A stretch of DNA of 63,994 bases, filler included, from Dicyema japonicum (GCA_011109175.1; 7 parts of 7 records of this genome joined end to end with filler, not necessarily neighbours in it); one strand, 5' to 3'. Counted from the whole stretch's first letter, positions 52,006 through 63,496 are shown. The notes: a model not told the origin generated them from the sequence alone. Numbers and translations are program-made.

Positions 52006-54254
52006 TGACGAACTACACTTGTGAAGCTTTTCATCATGACAGTATACGACACTCAAATGGCATTTTTGGAATCAGTAGCTTATGCTTTCTAGGAGTTACG
52101 GCTGAAAAATGCGGCAGTCTGAAAATATTAACATATGTGAGGTCCTAACAATAATCTACTCAACAGGAAATATTATTCTCACAAGTCACCATTAGCTTGA
52201 GAAATATACATAAACAGAAAAAATAATAAACCGAATACTACCCGAATGGTTAGTGTTACACCTACAAAAATTCATACTCTCGTGATTAGTATGCGTAACT
52301 GTTCATTAATCTAAAATAAAGTGCATTTGTCTTGTCTTTAAAAGCTATAAGTATTATGGATCTCATGAAAGTGCTGTTTATTTACTGCTATTCGACAAAA
52401 CTATAAAAGCTTAAAAACAAGTGAATTTTATAACAACAATGAAAAATGTGTAACTTAATAATTGTCTACTTATGAAATTTTTAATATAGAATGCGGTGTA
52501 GTTTACATATTAAAAAACGCATTGATGTTTATTGCAACAGTCTATCAGGACCAGGTAGCAATGGTTAGTGCGGTCGCTTGTGTAGCAGTTTATTCAGTTG
52601 GTCAAGAACGGTTGTTGGATTCTGAAACCCCCAGTTAAAATATCCCTGGCACCCCTAGTTAACAGAGAGAAGAGAAATCCATCAGTCTATCAGGACCAGG
52701 TAGCAATGGTTAGTGCGGTCGCTTGTGTCGCAGTTTATTCAGTTGGTCAAGAACGTTTGTTGGATTCTGAAAACCCCAGTCAAAATATCCCTGGCACCCC
52801 TAGTTAACAGAGATAAGAGGAATCCTAGAAGAGCAGGATAATTGTCAAGAAATATAGCCTATAACTACTAATTTCTCGTTATAATAAAATTCTTTATTGT
52901 TCATTGTCTCAATTAATTGTGTACTCGATTTGAAGTCGTAAATACTAAATTTAGGCTTATTTCGATAGACGGTTGTAATTTTTCCAAATTTGTTGTTAAT
53001 TGTCTATTTGGTAATATATTCAATTTTTTGTTTGAAATCCATCTTTTAAAATTGTTTTCTCTCTTTGCAAAGCGGTAAGAATAGGAACTTGAACCACTCC
53101 ACTTAACTGAGCTTGATTCGTATCTCTGTTGGTCCTTTAGGTTTTTATGAAGATATACCAGAGTATGCTGCTAGTTGTGCCTACAGATTACAACCGCCTT
53201 TGAATTTCAGGTTCCGAATCCACCATGATTTTGTGTCTATAGTTGTCCAGTCGATCTCTGAGCGATTTAATTTAGCTGTCTGTCTCAGTCCCAAGTCATC
53301 CAAACGATCAAATCTTCAGATAGTCAACACTTTTTCTGTAAACTGGCAAAACCGGTTCATTCAAGTCCCGTAAGGCGATACTTTGTTNNNNNNNNNNNNN
53401 NNNNNNNNNNNNNNNNNNNNNNNNNNNNNNNTTAATTAATTAANNNNNNNNNNNNNNNNNNNNNNNNNNNNNNNNNNNNNNNNNNNNGGGGAAGCATACT
53501 CTACCAATTTATCAACCAAACAAAATCGTTATGACCAATCCCTATTTTTCTCGTCCCAGATGACCATTTCATCTTGAAGGCCAAACGAAAACTCAACGCT
53601 TCAATGCTGTTTCAGATGTCAATTTTGGACAAGAAAAAAACCCTTAAAATTATATTCAAACGGTTAGATAGAACTAACTACTCTGAATTACTTTAGTTCA
53701 AAGGTTAGGTGTGTTTCCCATCTAATCTACAAAAATTTCAAAAACTCGAACTGAGGGCTTGCAATCAACATGCACTTATTACATGATCTGTTCTTTAGAG
53801 CAATTACTTCTCAACAAAGTCATTTATACAATTGTGTTATATATAGAGTTATTAATAATTAAATGGCCAGGTGGTCGTGTTGTTGTCTCTCAAGACGAGC
53901 TGCAGTTCAAATTCTTAGACAAAATGCCTAGTAGATTTCCTTTGCTTTTTTTGTCAATTCCTAAAAAACATTTTGTATTCATATTATTTGAGTGACGTCT
54001 ATTGCCTGGCCAGATCCGAAAAGGATTTCTCTCTCCTTAACTTCAGTGGAGGAACTGGACGTGATACCCAATAATTTGAGATATTTTGTGAAGTGAATTA
54101 AATCTCCATAAAGTGGTAAGAGCAGTGCAGAGTTAGTTAGTCTTCTATTTGAGGTAAATATTATTGTCCATGACTTTCAGGACTTGTGTATAATAATATT
54201 CGCACTTTCCGAGGAGCCATAACAGTTATCATTTCCCACAGGCAGAACACACTT

Positions 54255-54520
54255 TATTATAATAGATAATCGAAGGAGGATCAAGGAATGCTTTTCACTT
54301 CTTTGTTTTCTTTTTTCTTGGGTGTATGTCCTCTATAGACGATCCGGTTCCGCAGTGAAGTGACGGTGTCATTCATCAAGCCTCGTAAACCAACTACTAA
54401 GGTGGCTCTTCACTTCTTTGTTTTCTTTTTTCTTGGGTGTATGTCCTCTATATACGATCCGGTTCCGCAGTGAAGTGACGGCGTCATTCATCAAGCCTCG
54501 TAAACCAACTACTAAGGTGG
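54255..54520 (-). mobile_element. Headless copy of the tRNA-SINE with 116-bp internal tandem duplication
   Basis: TCTTGGGTGTATGT...GATCCGGTTCCGCAGTGAAG occurs twice, matching 45093-45140. Confidence 0.75.
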
Positions 54521-54559
54521 TCTAATAAATCTTGTAAGTAGGCAACAGCTGTGTGAACA

Positions 54560-55080
54560 CACTGATCTCTTAATGCGGTGATTATATCGTAGCATATGGA
54601 AGAACAAGTAGATCGTCGATGCTAGGGGTGGGCATATCGTTCAAGAGTGGCCAGTTTTAACGGTTTAGAGATATAAGTCATTTCAATTGGGTGGTCTGGT
54701 GGAGGAAGCTTAGAGCCAGATTCATTTTTTAGGAGTAAGTATTCAGAACGTAATTATGCTAGTGTCTTCTTAGTTTCTCTGTCTAAGTAGTCCCTGAGTC
54801 ATCCACCAGAGGGAAGGGACATCCAGTAGATCGTTCCAAACCAGTCTCCAGATTCTTTTTGTGGAGATGTAGACATGTATCGCCTTTAACTTTGTTTTAT
54901 CAGAGGGTGGCTGAGGAATCTTTACCAGTTCGTGAAACAGGTTCACTATGGTAGGAATTATCACACGGAAGTTCTTTGTATGGTTAAAGAAGTGGCAAGG
55001 GTGGTCCGGTTCCGTGGTGTCGTTTAAAAATTGGAGGTTCTTAATGCGTATCAATTTTTTACTCTTTAAAGAATGAAGCA
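54560..55080 (-). mobile_element. LINE ORF2 C-terminal remnant
   Basis: DHPCH...KAIH...NDLL pattern typical of post-RT LINE regions. Confidence 0.4.
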
Positions 55081-55117
55081 TAAGGCCCAGAGGGACTAGA
55101 AGTGGTATTTCTGAATA

Positions 55118-55700
55118 GGTTAGAAGTGGTATCTCTCTGCGGCTGGGACTAAAAGTATGTGTACCTCACCCGTGCAGATGTGGCATCCTGATAGACTGCT
55201 ATGACCTCCACCCTCTCGCCTGCAAGAGGAGCGGTGGCAGATCTCTAAGACACAAGGCTTTGAATGAGATTGTCAAGTGGGCTGTAGATAATGCTGGATA
55301 CTCGGCCATTTTTGAATCGGTTGGGCTGTGCAGAAGTGACGGAGATGACCATATTTCACTTTGAGGCCGGGAAACCACTTGTTTGGGACGAGACATGTGC
55401 AGACACGTTCGCCCCGAACAATCTTCACGAGTCCGCTCCAAGAACCTGCTCTGCAGCCGTCAAGGCGGAGAAGGCCAAACTCGAAAAATACGGCGACATT
55501 CTCGATAATGTCCAATTTGTTCCACTTGCTATGGAGACTATAGGATACTACTCCCTCTCTACAATAGAGTTTTTCGGACGTCTTGGAAATTGGATCACCT
55601 CATGCACTGGAGATCTCCATGAACACCGCTGTTTGAGCGAATTTCGCTCGCAATTCTGAGAGGAAACAGACACGTAGTGAGGGCGGCAGCTAACTAATGT
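55118..55700 (+). mobile_element. CRE-clade 3' fragment (zinc finger + RLE)
   Basis: SLRLGLKVCVPHPCRCG, LHPLAC, RHKALN, VWDETCADT, FVPLAMETIG, ILRGN. Confidence 0.92.
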
Positions 55701-57598
55701 TTTGTCTTTTTTTGTTTATTGGAGTGAAAAAATACTAAAAATAATTTTAAAATTAAAAAAATAAAATAAATAAATATAATTGCAAATAAATAGTTTATGT
55801 GATATCTATTTTGAGCTATAGCTCCTTCCAGACAGAACACATATTTTATTTAAATTAAAGAACAGTTATTATGACTACTATCAGGTTCCGACGGCGTCAC
55901 TCGTCAAGCTATATCTATAATAATAGATTGAATAATTGAAATATCGGCTTTCCAATGTTCGTTTATCTCTTTTTCCAGTCTAGACTTGACAGCATAACCT
56001 TTTTTATTGTAAACTTAGTTTTCTAGGAAGGATCTGAAAGCTGGGAATGTCAAGCGATTCATCTACAGTAACTTCAAAACCCCCGAAAACTGACAAATAT
56101 TCCTTCGCAGTGATGATCAACACATTGGTGGAGATCAAAGAATTTCCCGACTGGAATTCAGCAAGGTGGTTATGAATTAACATTGTAGGAATTTACCCCC
56201 ATCTTCGTTTTCTCGTTGTGTCACCCGACGACATATTCAGTGAGACTTTATGTTAACAAGCTAACCGAGTTTTAAGGAATTTCAGAATAAATGGGAATAC
56301 CATAGAGTATTTTATGGCAACAAAAACCAAATTTAAAAAAAGTCGCTATATTCCAGAAAATTCTTACACAGATGGAAGAGCTCCATCAAACTGATGTACG
56401 AAATTTCACTGCTCCCCCAACTCGTGGATTTTGTGCGGAATAACTACAATCAGGAGTTAACAAACGTCACCGAGACTACGACATTGCTTGTTTTTGTAAA
56501 GGTGGGATTTATTTATAAAAAAAACTCCAGAACGTTCCAGGAATAAGTACATACGCTCTTCGGAAGGTCTAAATGTGATGTTTTACTAATATTTGTTGAT
56601 TGTGAGGACGATATTTGATTATGATGAGAATTTGCTAAATTAAGAAGTCACTTTACTTAGTAACGATTTAATCGTGGAGGAAATGAGCCCAAATGAGGCA
56701 GACCACACCGTAGAACCCTTGGTTGTCCGAATTAACGACCAACTGGGAAGATACATTGGAAGCAGAGACCAGTTAAATCTGCACAGAATTTCCTCAAAAT
56801 TGTATGAAATTACCGAATTCCAGAGACAGTATGTCCAAAATCGCTCACAGTTTGTTAAGACTGATGCCTAGGCATGTCTTGGAGGCTCAGTATGCAATTT
56901 GTTGGCTACTGAGCAGATGAAGATTGAGGGACTGCTCATTCAGGACATTAACTAGATGGATTCGGAGATTCAGATCATCCAGTTACCTCATCTGTATATA
57001 TTTTTCTATATAAACTCATTTAGAATATATTAATGAAACAGAAGTATGCGAAAGAACATCTGGCATTGAAGCTTAGAATGACCCCTACTCTAATCTCCAA
57101 TAAATGAGATTCTATCAGAATCTTATGGAAAAACTCCTTTAGAAGATCTTCAGAAATACAAATTAAAATTGATAATAGGCTATGTGGGCAATCAATTTAT
57201 CAATTTGATCCAATTTTCGACAAATTCTTTACTTCACGTGGCATCCCTTACAGAGTTACCGACATATTCGATGATTTTTTGCTTGTATAATTTTAGATCT
57301 TTTATAAACTAGTTAGCACAACCTCTGATCTACCGACTATCTTCATGGAATTTCAATGAAATTCATTCTAAACGTATTTTATCAGCTTTATTAAAGGAAT
57401 CTACAACCACCACTAACGAAACTCCACAAACGATTTTTTATTAAATCAAGTTTGAGTGAAAGTGTTCCGTGAGTAAGGGAAGTATTTGAATTCAAATATA
57501 ATCAAAGTGAGATCCAAACTCCCACAGAATAATAATAATAATAATCCAGGGATAGAGAAACGACATGTGAAATATGAAATTATATTTTTAATTCATTA

Positions 57599-57960
57599 GA
57601 TTTAATGGTGGGGATCAACAAACGAAGACTTCAAGTTACCAAAATCGGCCTCCGAGCAATTTTACTGGAGACATGTTTGTGGCTCGTAAAACCATTACTG
57701 CCATATTGAACATTGTGTACCTCAAACCAACGAGAACTGTCACCTTTGAGGAAATTAGAATCCATGTTAGTGAAGGGACGATTTCTGTAACAAGTGATCA
57801 ATACAATGCACTCTCGTCGATCCTCAAATCATTCCTGATGGTCTGTGACATTATCTAGTATTCTGTCGCTCAGTTAGACTATGATAAGGAAGGTAGGTGA
57901 TCCTTCTATCAAAAAGAGTACAGAGTTTACCACATGCTATAGTTTAGACTCTTCCTTAGT
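57599..57960 (+). other. Possible coding exons of unknown (winged-helix-like?) protein
   Basis: Open frame ...MFVARKTITAILNIVYLKPTRTVTFEEIRIHV...KSFLM followed by short GT-AG segments. No family recognised. Confidence 0.2.
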
Positions 57961-58649
57961 CCCCTCATGATATGGTTGTCTGTAAGAGTCGAAATGTTAT
58001 TTCTGGTTTAGTACAGTGATCATTGTTTTAATAATAATCTTTAATTTCCTATAATTAGTTTAACTACATATTTTTGATTCATTCACTGATAGCCTTCTCA
58101 TTGCTGAATAAAAATTCCTAGGAGTCTCACATAATAAGTAAAATTACAGAATAAACTTATTAATTTATAGAAGTCTATGACAAAAGTATTCTACTTAAGG
58201 GACACATTTGATCTCTTTTAAATTATTTTTTTTCTTTGTTTCAAATATTGGGAATTTTAATGATCCAAATTTTTTCTGTTTCCTTGAGCTCTCATCGTCA
58301 TCATAGACCAATTACCTAAGTGACCTCTATCGCGATGAATATCAACTTTATGAAAGAACTTTTTTTCTCACAAGCTTGGATGAGGTGACGGACTCGTGAA
58401 ACATTGAAATCCCGATATAATGAACAAAGGGAGCGTCTAGTGATACACGACCCGAGTTCGAATCTTATCCGACTATGTCTAGTATGTGTCATCAATATTG
58501 TCTTTTATAAGGCTACTTCTCTACACTTGATCCTCAAATGGTTTGAAAAATGACTTTTTTGATAGCAAAGAATTGCTAAGGCCCATGAAGCAATTGTATA
58601 TTTTTATAAAATACGGTAAGAATAGCAATTTGAGAATCAAATCAAGTCC

Positions 58650-58915
58650 TTTGGATAAGAGGCCAGGATTGCGTGAGTCTTCCCTCTGATCACTTCATTT
58701 AGAACCTTTTCTCAACCAAAGTCCTTTGCCAAGTTCGCTTTTCTTCAATCGATCTTTTTTCCGATATTAGAAAGACAGGCGTATTTCATATCCACGTCCC
58801 GAAGTCTCCATCTCAATAGTCACGAAATGGTAGTTTTCCCAGAGTGATTCATACTTCAGGATTCTTCTCATTTCCGCCTTGACTACCGTGTCTGCAGGCG
58901 AGTGTGTCGTCAGTG
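58650..58915 (-). mobile_element. Divergent CRE-clade 3' fragment
   Basis: KAEMRRILKYESLWENYHFVTIEMETSG...GLWLR...IRGKTHAIL. Confidence 0.7.
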
Positions 58916-59614
58916 AACTAAATTAAGTTTATATTTAATTAATAAGTATTTTCGTGTAAACCATGGTACTTACAGTCTCTCACCCTCTTTCACCCTCATC
59001 GATTGTTATATGGTGATTTCACAGAGTTCAGATCGTCCGGGGATTTCAAGCCTATTTCATTGTACATATGAGTTATACAACTCAACCTTTGGCCTTCAAA
59101 TATCCTCTTATAAGTTTATAAAGTATGTTAACACGTCTCTACTTCTAATAGAGAGTGTTACCAATTCCACGAACATTTCCCAAGTAGATCCAGGAAATTT
59201 TTCAATAGATCATATATGGATGTCCCTTCTTTAGAGATTAGGTTCAACATATTCAGCATAAATCATTTCGTCCATCTTTTCTTTGTATTGTGTTCTGAGA
59301 TCTCTCGTGGGAGCTTCTAAATATAGAAGTGGGGAAGGGGAGTCTTTTTGATGAGTGCCCGTTTTGTCATAAATTTNNNNNNNNNNNNNNNNNNNNNNNN
59401 NNNNNNNNNNNNNNNNNNNNTTAATTAATTAANNNNNNNNNNNNNNNNNNNNNNNNNNNNNNNNNNNNNNNNNNNNTTAAGAACACTTCCGTCTGTAAGT
59501 GTTTCTAGTTTGGCACACGACTCCCTACAGTCGTCTCATTAAATAGGGTGATCCACTTTTTCGGTGTAAACAACTAAAAAACAGTTTTTGAAAAGCTATC
59601 TCCATATTTTATGT

Positions 59615-60060
59615 ATCAGAATGGTTATCCCAGTTATAAGAAAAAATCAACCTTGGAGTATCTTCAACAAGTTCGAGTGTATTTGAGTCGTCTCCCAACT
59701 ATTGATCCAACCACATGTACTTTAATACGAAAAGACTCCCAGCCTATTATGACTGTTTTATCCGGTTTCGATCTTCCCCTTATCGTTCTGGGATCACTTA
59801 GCTAGATGGGACATTCTTTCCTCTTTAACCCAGTGGTCCCGGGGTAATAATAAAAGCATAGACTTTGTATGTGGGTATTCTAATGTGGGAAAGTCTCGTT
59901 TTCTAAACACGGCATGATTTCGGTAATCAATCGTGCCAGTTCTGGAGTTCAGAATTTTGGTCACACTGACTATAACTATTGCGGTGGAGGGTTGTTTTGT
60001 TTCTACACATTATAGGTCATTGATACCCAGGGTATATTATATCATGCCATAAAAGAACTG
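59615..60060 (+). pseudogene. GTPBP4: NOG1/GTPBP4 nucleolar GTPase fragment, disrupted
   Basis: KSTLEYLQQVRVYLSRLPTIDPTTCTLI, then a ~130-bp insertion, then CGYSNVGKSRFLNT (G1), GHTDYNY(L)RW, a 25-nt GT-AG intron (59991-60015) and VIDTQGILYH (G3, DTPG changed to DTQG). Frameshifts and internal deletion present. Confidence 0.85.
59729..59856 (+). mobile_element. LINE 3'-end (GIT* hairpin) insertion in NOG1 pseudogene
   Basis: CTGGGATCACTTAG...CCCAGTGGTCCCGGGGTAATAATAAAA, closest to the tail at 29560-29640. Confidence 0.85.
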
Positions 60061-60129
60061 AGTTCACATGGCTCAGTTTGTTAAAAAGATGAAAGTCTCT
60101 AGTTGAGCCTTTTTGATCATAGTGAAAAA

Positions 60130-60420
60130 AAAGGTACATCCAGTCGTTAGAGCATTCTGTCTCTGCAGTGGAGGAGTAGATGACTTACGTCAGAACCACG
60201 TTAAGAATCTCATTCGGCTGATACGGGCAAGGCCAGAAAAATCATTCTCGTCACTATACACTATCTTGATGAAAGGATAGAGAACAAGACCTTAGATCTC
60301 TTCTTTAACAAACCCGAACGCTTTCCGTCTGACAGGATATGTATTCTCATTTCAATCCGTGGTACCTGAGCAATTAGTGGTTTCAGTGACCTCATGTTGG
60401 ACGACCTCCGTATTACTTTA
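60130..60420 (+). mobile_element. CRE-clade RT N-terminal remnant
   Basis: SGGVDDLRQNHVKNL resembles the CRE pattern SAGGxDGLRPxHLK. Confidence 0.5.
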
Positions 60421-60959
60421 GCTTCTTTACATAATTTTTCACCGACCGTGAATTTACTACAACCAAACTAATCAAGATCTCGGAGGTTTTTGCTAAAGAA
60501 TTTCTGTTGACACATGTCGGTTTTTAACTTTTTTGTTATTGATTTTAACACATATGTCGGTGTTCCGCTCGGTAATGATAAACTGAGAAAGTTAACCAGA
60601 AGGTGATTAGTCCATTTTCCCGCAGAATACATTGATTTTCTGGGAATTAGATAATCTGAGAAATAAGTGATATAAAAAATTAGTTCATGTGGACTGACAA
60701 TGAAAATTATTGTTACGTTTCCACTAGAACGAGTGAAAATATTTATTATTATTGGCGCTTACGCATGTCAAAGCATGTGGAACACGGAAATCAAATTAAT
60801 ATTTAGCTTCTTTTATTTTGGCGACTATTTGCCTGTGTCATAGCCTGTCAAGGTCCTCCTCGTCCCTGAAACATTTTCTGATTTTAGGAACGTCTTTAGG
60901 GTTTTTTAGGAAAGTCTTAGGGACTTTGGTCGACCACGGAAACACGGAGCGTCCAGAAC

Positions 60960-61080
60960 AAAGTAGTCTTCCAAACGCACGTTCATGACAGAACGTCAAA
61001 AAGAAGAAGTCTAGTTCTTGAATTTTTTTGTTTTCCAGATATAGTGTTCAAGAGCCACGTCACCAGCTCAACCAAAAAAT
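60960..61080 (-). mobile_element. RTE-like LINE 5' terminus
   Basis: ATTTTTTGGTTGAGCTGGTGACGTGGCTC followed by a degenerate NVR (APE start) motif. Confidence 0.6.
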
Positions 61081-61244
61081 AGCTATACAGATTTTTGTCA
61101 TACAAAATGAAAATATTTTATTATTTTACAGTTATGAGCAACCAATTGCAATAAATTGCAATTAAATATAATTTAATAAAAGTTAGATAAATAATAAAGT
61201 ATTGAATAATAATTAATTTTAGTTATATTTTTTTCAATTTAAGT

Positions 61245-61380
61245 CGATCGCTACACGAAAAGGAGACTTGTGAGCGCTGCTGGTTATTGAGCGAATCTCG
61301 CTTGCTATCCTGAGAGGAATAGCCACGCAGTCAGGTCAGCTTCTATATAACCGTTACTCTATTTTTTTCTTCAATCAAAT
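61245..61380 (+). mobile_element. CRE-clade 3' end
   Basis: ERCWLL...LAILRGNSHAV; matches the 3' ends at 14945 and 34010. Confidence 0.85.
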
Positions 61381-62354
61381 TTTTGTTCTCAAAAAAATTT
61401 ATGCTAATATCTCGACTGGTATTAATTGGAAGGTTGAACTGATGGCATAGGTCTACACATAATGTCTTTATCTCTCAATATGTATGTAAACCCTCGTCCT
61501 TTTCTTAGTTGAATCAGAAAGTTTTGAAATAAGGAAACATTGGATTCACTCCTTTCTGGGTTCGATTCTCGTCTGGCAAAAATTTGTTAGAACTCAGAGA
61601 CAAGTCTAAAAAAAGTAATCAACGGATCAAATAAACTTGATTTCATTAAACATCCTCACTTTTCTTTAAGAAACTGTCGCGAATGGTTAGTTCTGCCGCG
61701 ATTATCATTGGATTGATTTTACGCCATTACCTACTTGGTATGAGCATTCCATTTGCTCTATGGCTTCTTTAAATCCCAAGAGGCGGCAGTTGATCCGCCT
61801 ATCTCAGGCGACGTCCAATGTTTGGTTAGCAACAAAAAGGATATCTATGCTACTCTACTGGAGAGGTTCTCATAATATATTGGTGGACGTGCTGTTTCGA
61901 CATGATGTGTTTCGTTCCAACAGTGTAAATTAGATATACCTTAATTAGATATTAATTTCTCAACTTCTTCCCGATAAATCCTGATTGATTATTAAATGAT
62001 TTCTCTTATAAGTCTTGCGATTGATTTTATGTGATTTTCCACATTTTGTAAGTCACCAGGAAAAATCGTTAATTTATTATGCAATTTATACAACCTGTCC
62101 ATTATTGTGCCGGTCACATAGTAAGAATTTTTTCAATTTTCAAAATTAGGACATTATCTGATACCCATTCTTAAGAGAGCTGATGGACCCATTAAAGTTG
62201 ATGAGGTTGTAGTAATAGTATCGTATGTTCGTAACAACAACAGGACTGCCACCANNNNNNNNNNNNNNNNNNNNNNNNNNNNNNNNNNNNNNNNNNNNTT
62301 AATTAATTAANNNNNNNNNNNNNNNNNNNNNNNNNNNNNNNNNNNNNNNNNNNN

Positions 62355-63351
62355 CAAATAACATTTCTACCTAATAACACCAGGGGGACAACCTAGCATG
62401 TTGCTTCGCCTCCCAGGCGGATTCTGTCCAAAATAAATCTGCCCTATCCTCTCCAAGTACTGGAATACAACCAACATTCCCAACCTGCCCATAGTCGGGG
62501 TCCCTCTTTATTTCCGACTTGTATTTGTCGCAGATCACCTTGAAAATCCTCTCATCTTGTCTAAAAAAAGTCACATCATTTTGTACAGGTCCACTGTCTT
62601 CAAAAGGATGTGGAGGAAATTCAACAGAGGAAGTTCATGTGGGAAAGTGGTTTTCAGTTGTGGGTGGAACTCCAAAAAGGAGTTGAAGGTGGACCCTGCG
62701 GTCGACTTGGCCACCATGCAGAGTTGCCTTGGATTACAAGCCCGAGATACTGGAAGACTGCCTGGGCCACGAACAAATCAACTTCTTTCGAAGAGGACGA
62801 ATAATAGTGGAGACCAACCAGAAGTTTGGCCAGCTTCTCCCCGTTTGAGGAACGGATGAGGTGAAATCTAGCCTTGTTGAAGTCACTCTCTATAATTCAG
62901 CCAATAAATGAACACCACGTGAATAAAAGTCACCTATCATCTCGTGGACGAAATGGGCCCCGTAGGAAGGCTGACCTTCATAGGTAGAACTCCACTTCAC
63001 CAGTCTACTTACGAATTCCTGTCGTTTCTTGTCCTTCATAAGACTCAGCAATTCCCTGATCTCTACGATTAACTAGATGACCAAACCATTGCATTTTTCT
63101 TCCATTTCCTGTGTTTTGGAGACTGTTTTGTAAAGATTTTCCACATAGTAGAAAGACAGGTCAATTCCCAGCATTTGTTGACCCTCTGATAGTAGGGAGT
63201 TAGATGCTTGGTATAGAAGAGGCTCAATTTGCGTGTAGAGACCCTTTGCTTTATGCCGAAGGTATAAAGTCTTGTATAGTTGATGAGCTTCGTAAAATTT
63301 GCCAGAATTCAAACTGTTCTGAGCCTCCTGTATTATCGCACCACAAAACAT
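62355..63351 (-). CDS. GET4: GET4 / TRC35 (Golgi-to-ER traffic protein 4), 7 exons visible, 3' end truncated by contig end
   Basis: Removing GT-AG introns 63063-63086, 62890-62915, 62728-62750, 62561-62586, 62460-62484 and 62371-62392 gives an open frame: MFCGAIIQEAQNSLNSGKFYEAHQLYKTLYLRH...QEFVSRLVKWSS...ESDFNKARFHLIRSSNGE...EVDLFVAQAVFQQLCM...PLLNFLHILL...VICDKYKSEIKRDPDYGQYLERIGQIYFG. This matches GET4 motifs (YEAHQ, FVSRALKWS, EVDMFVAQAVLQ, PLLNF, RDP..YLDRIGQLFFG). The sixth intron is least certain. Confidence 0.93.
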
Positions 63352-63496
63352 AGACACTAAGGTAATTACTTGATGTAATTTAAATTTATTTTTTGTATAA
63401 TACTTTAACAAATTCAGTTTTATATTTAATAATATTAATATTTTTATTGTTTAATATCATTTCTCATTTAATTCATTTATTTCCTTTTCCTATGCA

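Noticed and set aside
26223-62354. Regularly recurring TTAATTAATTAA palindrome
   Set aside because: Always centred in exactly 44+44 N, so it is an artificial linker. Adjacency across these points has no biological meaning.
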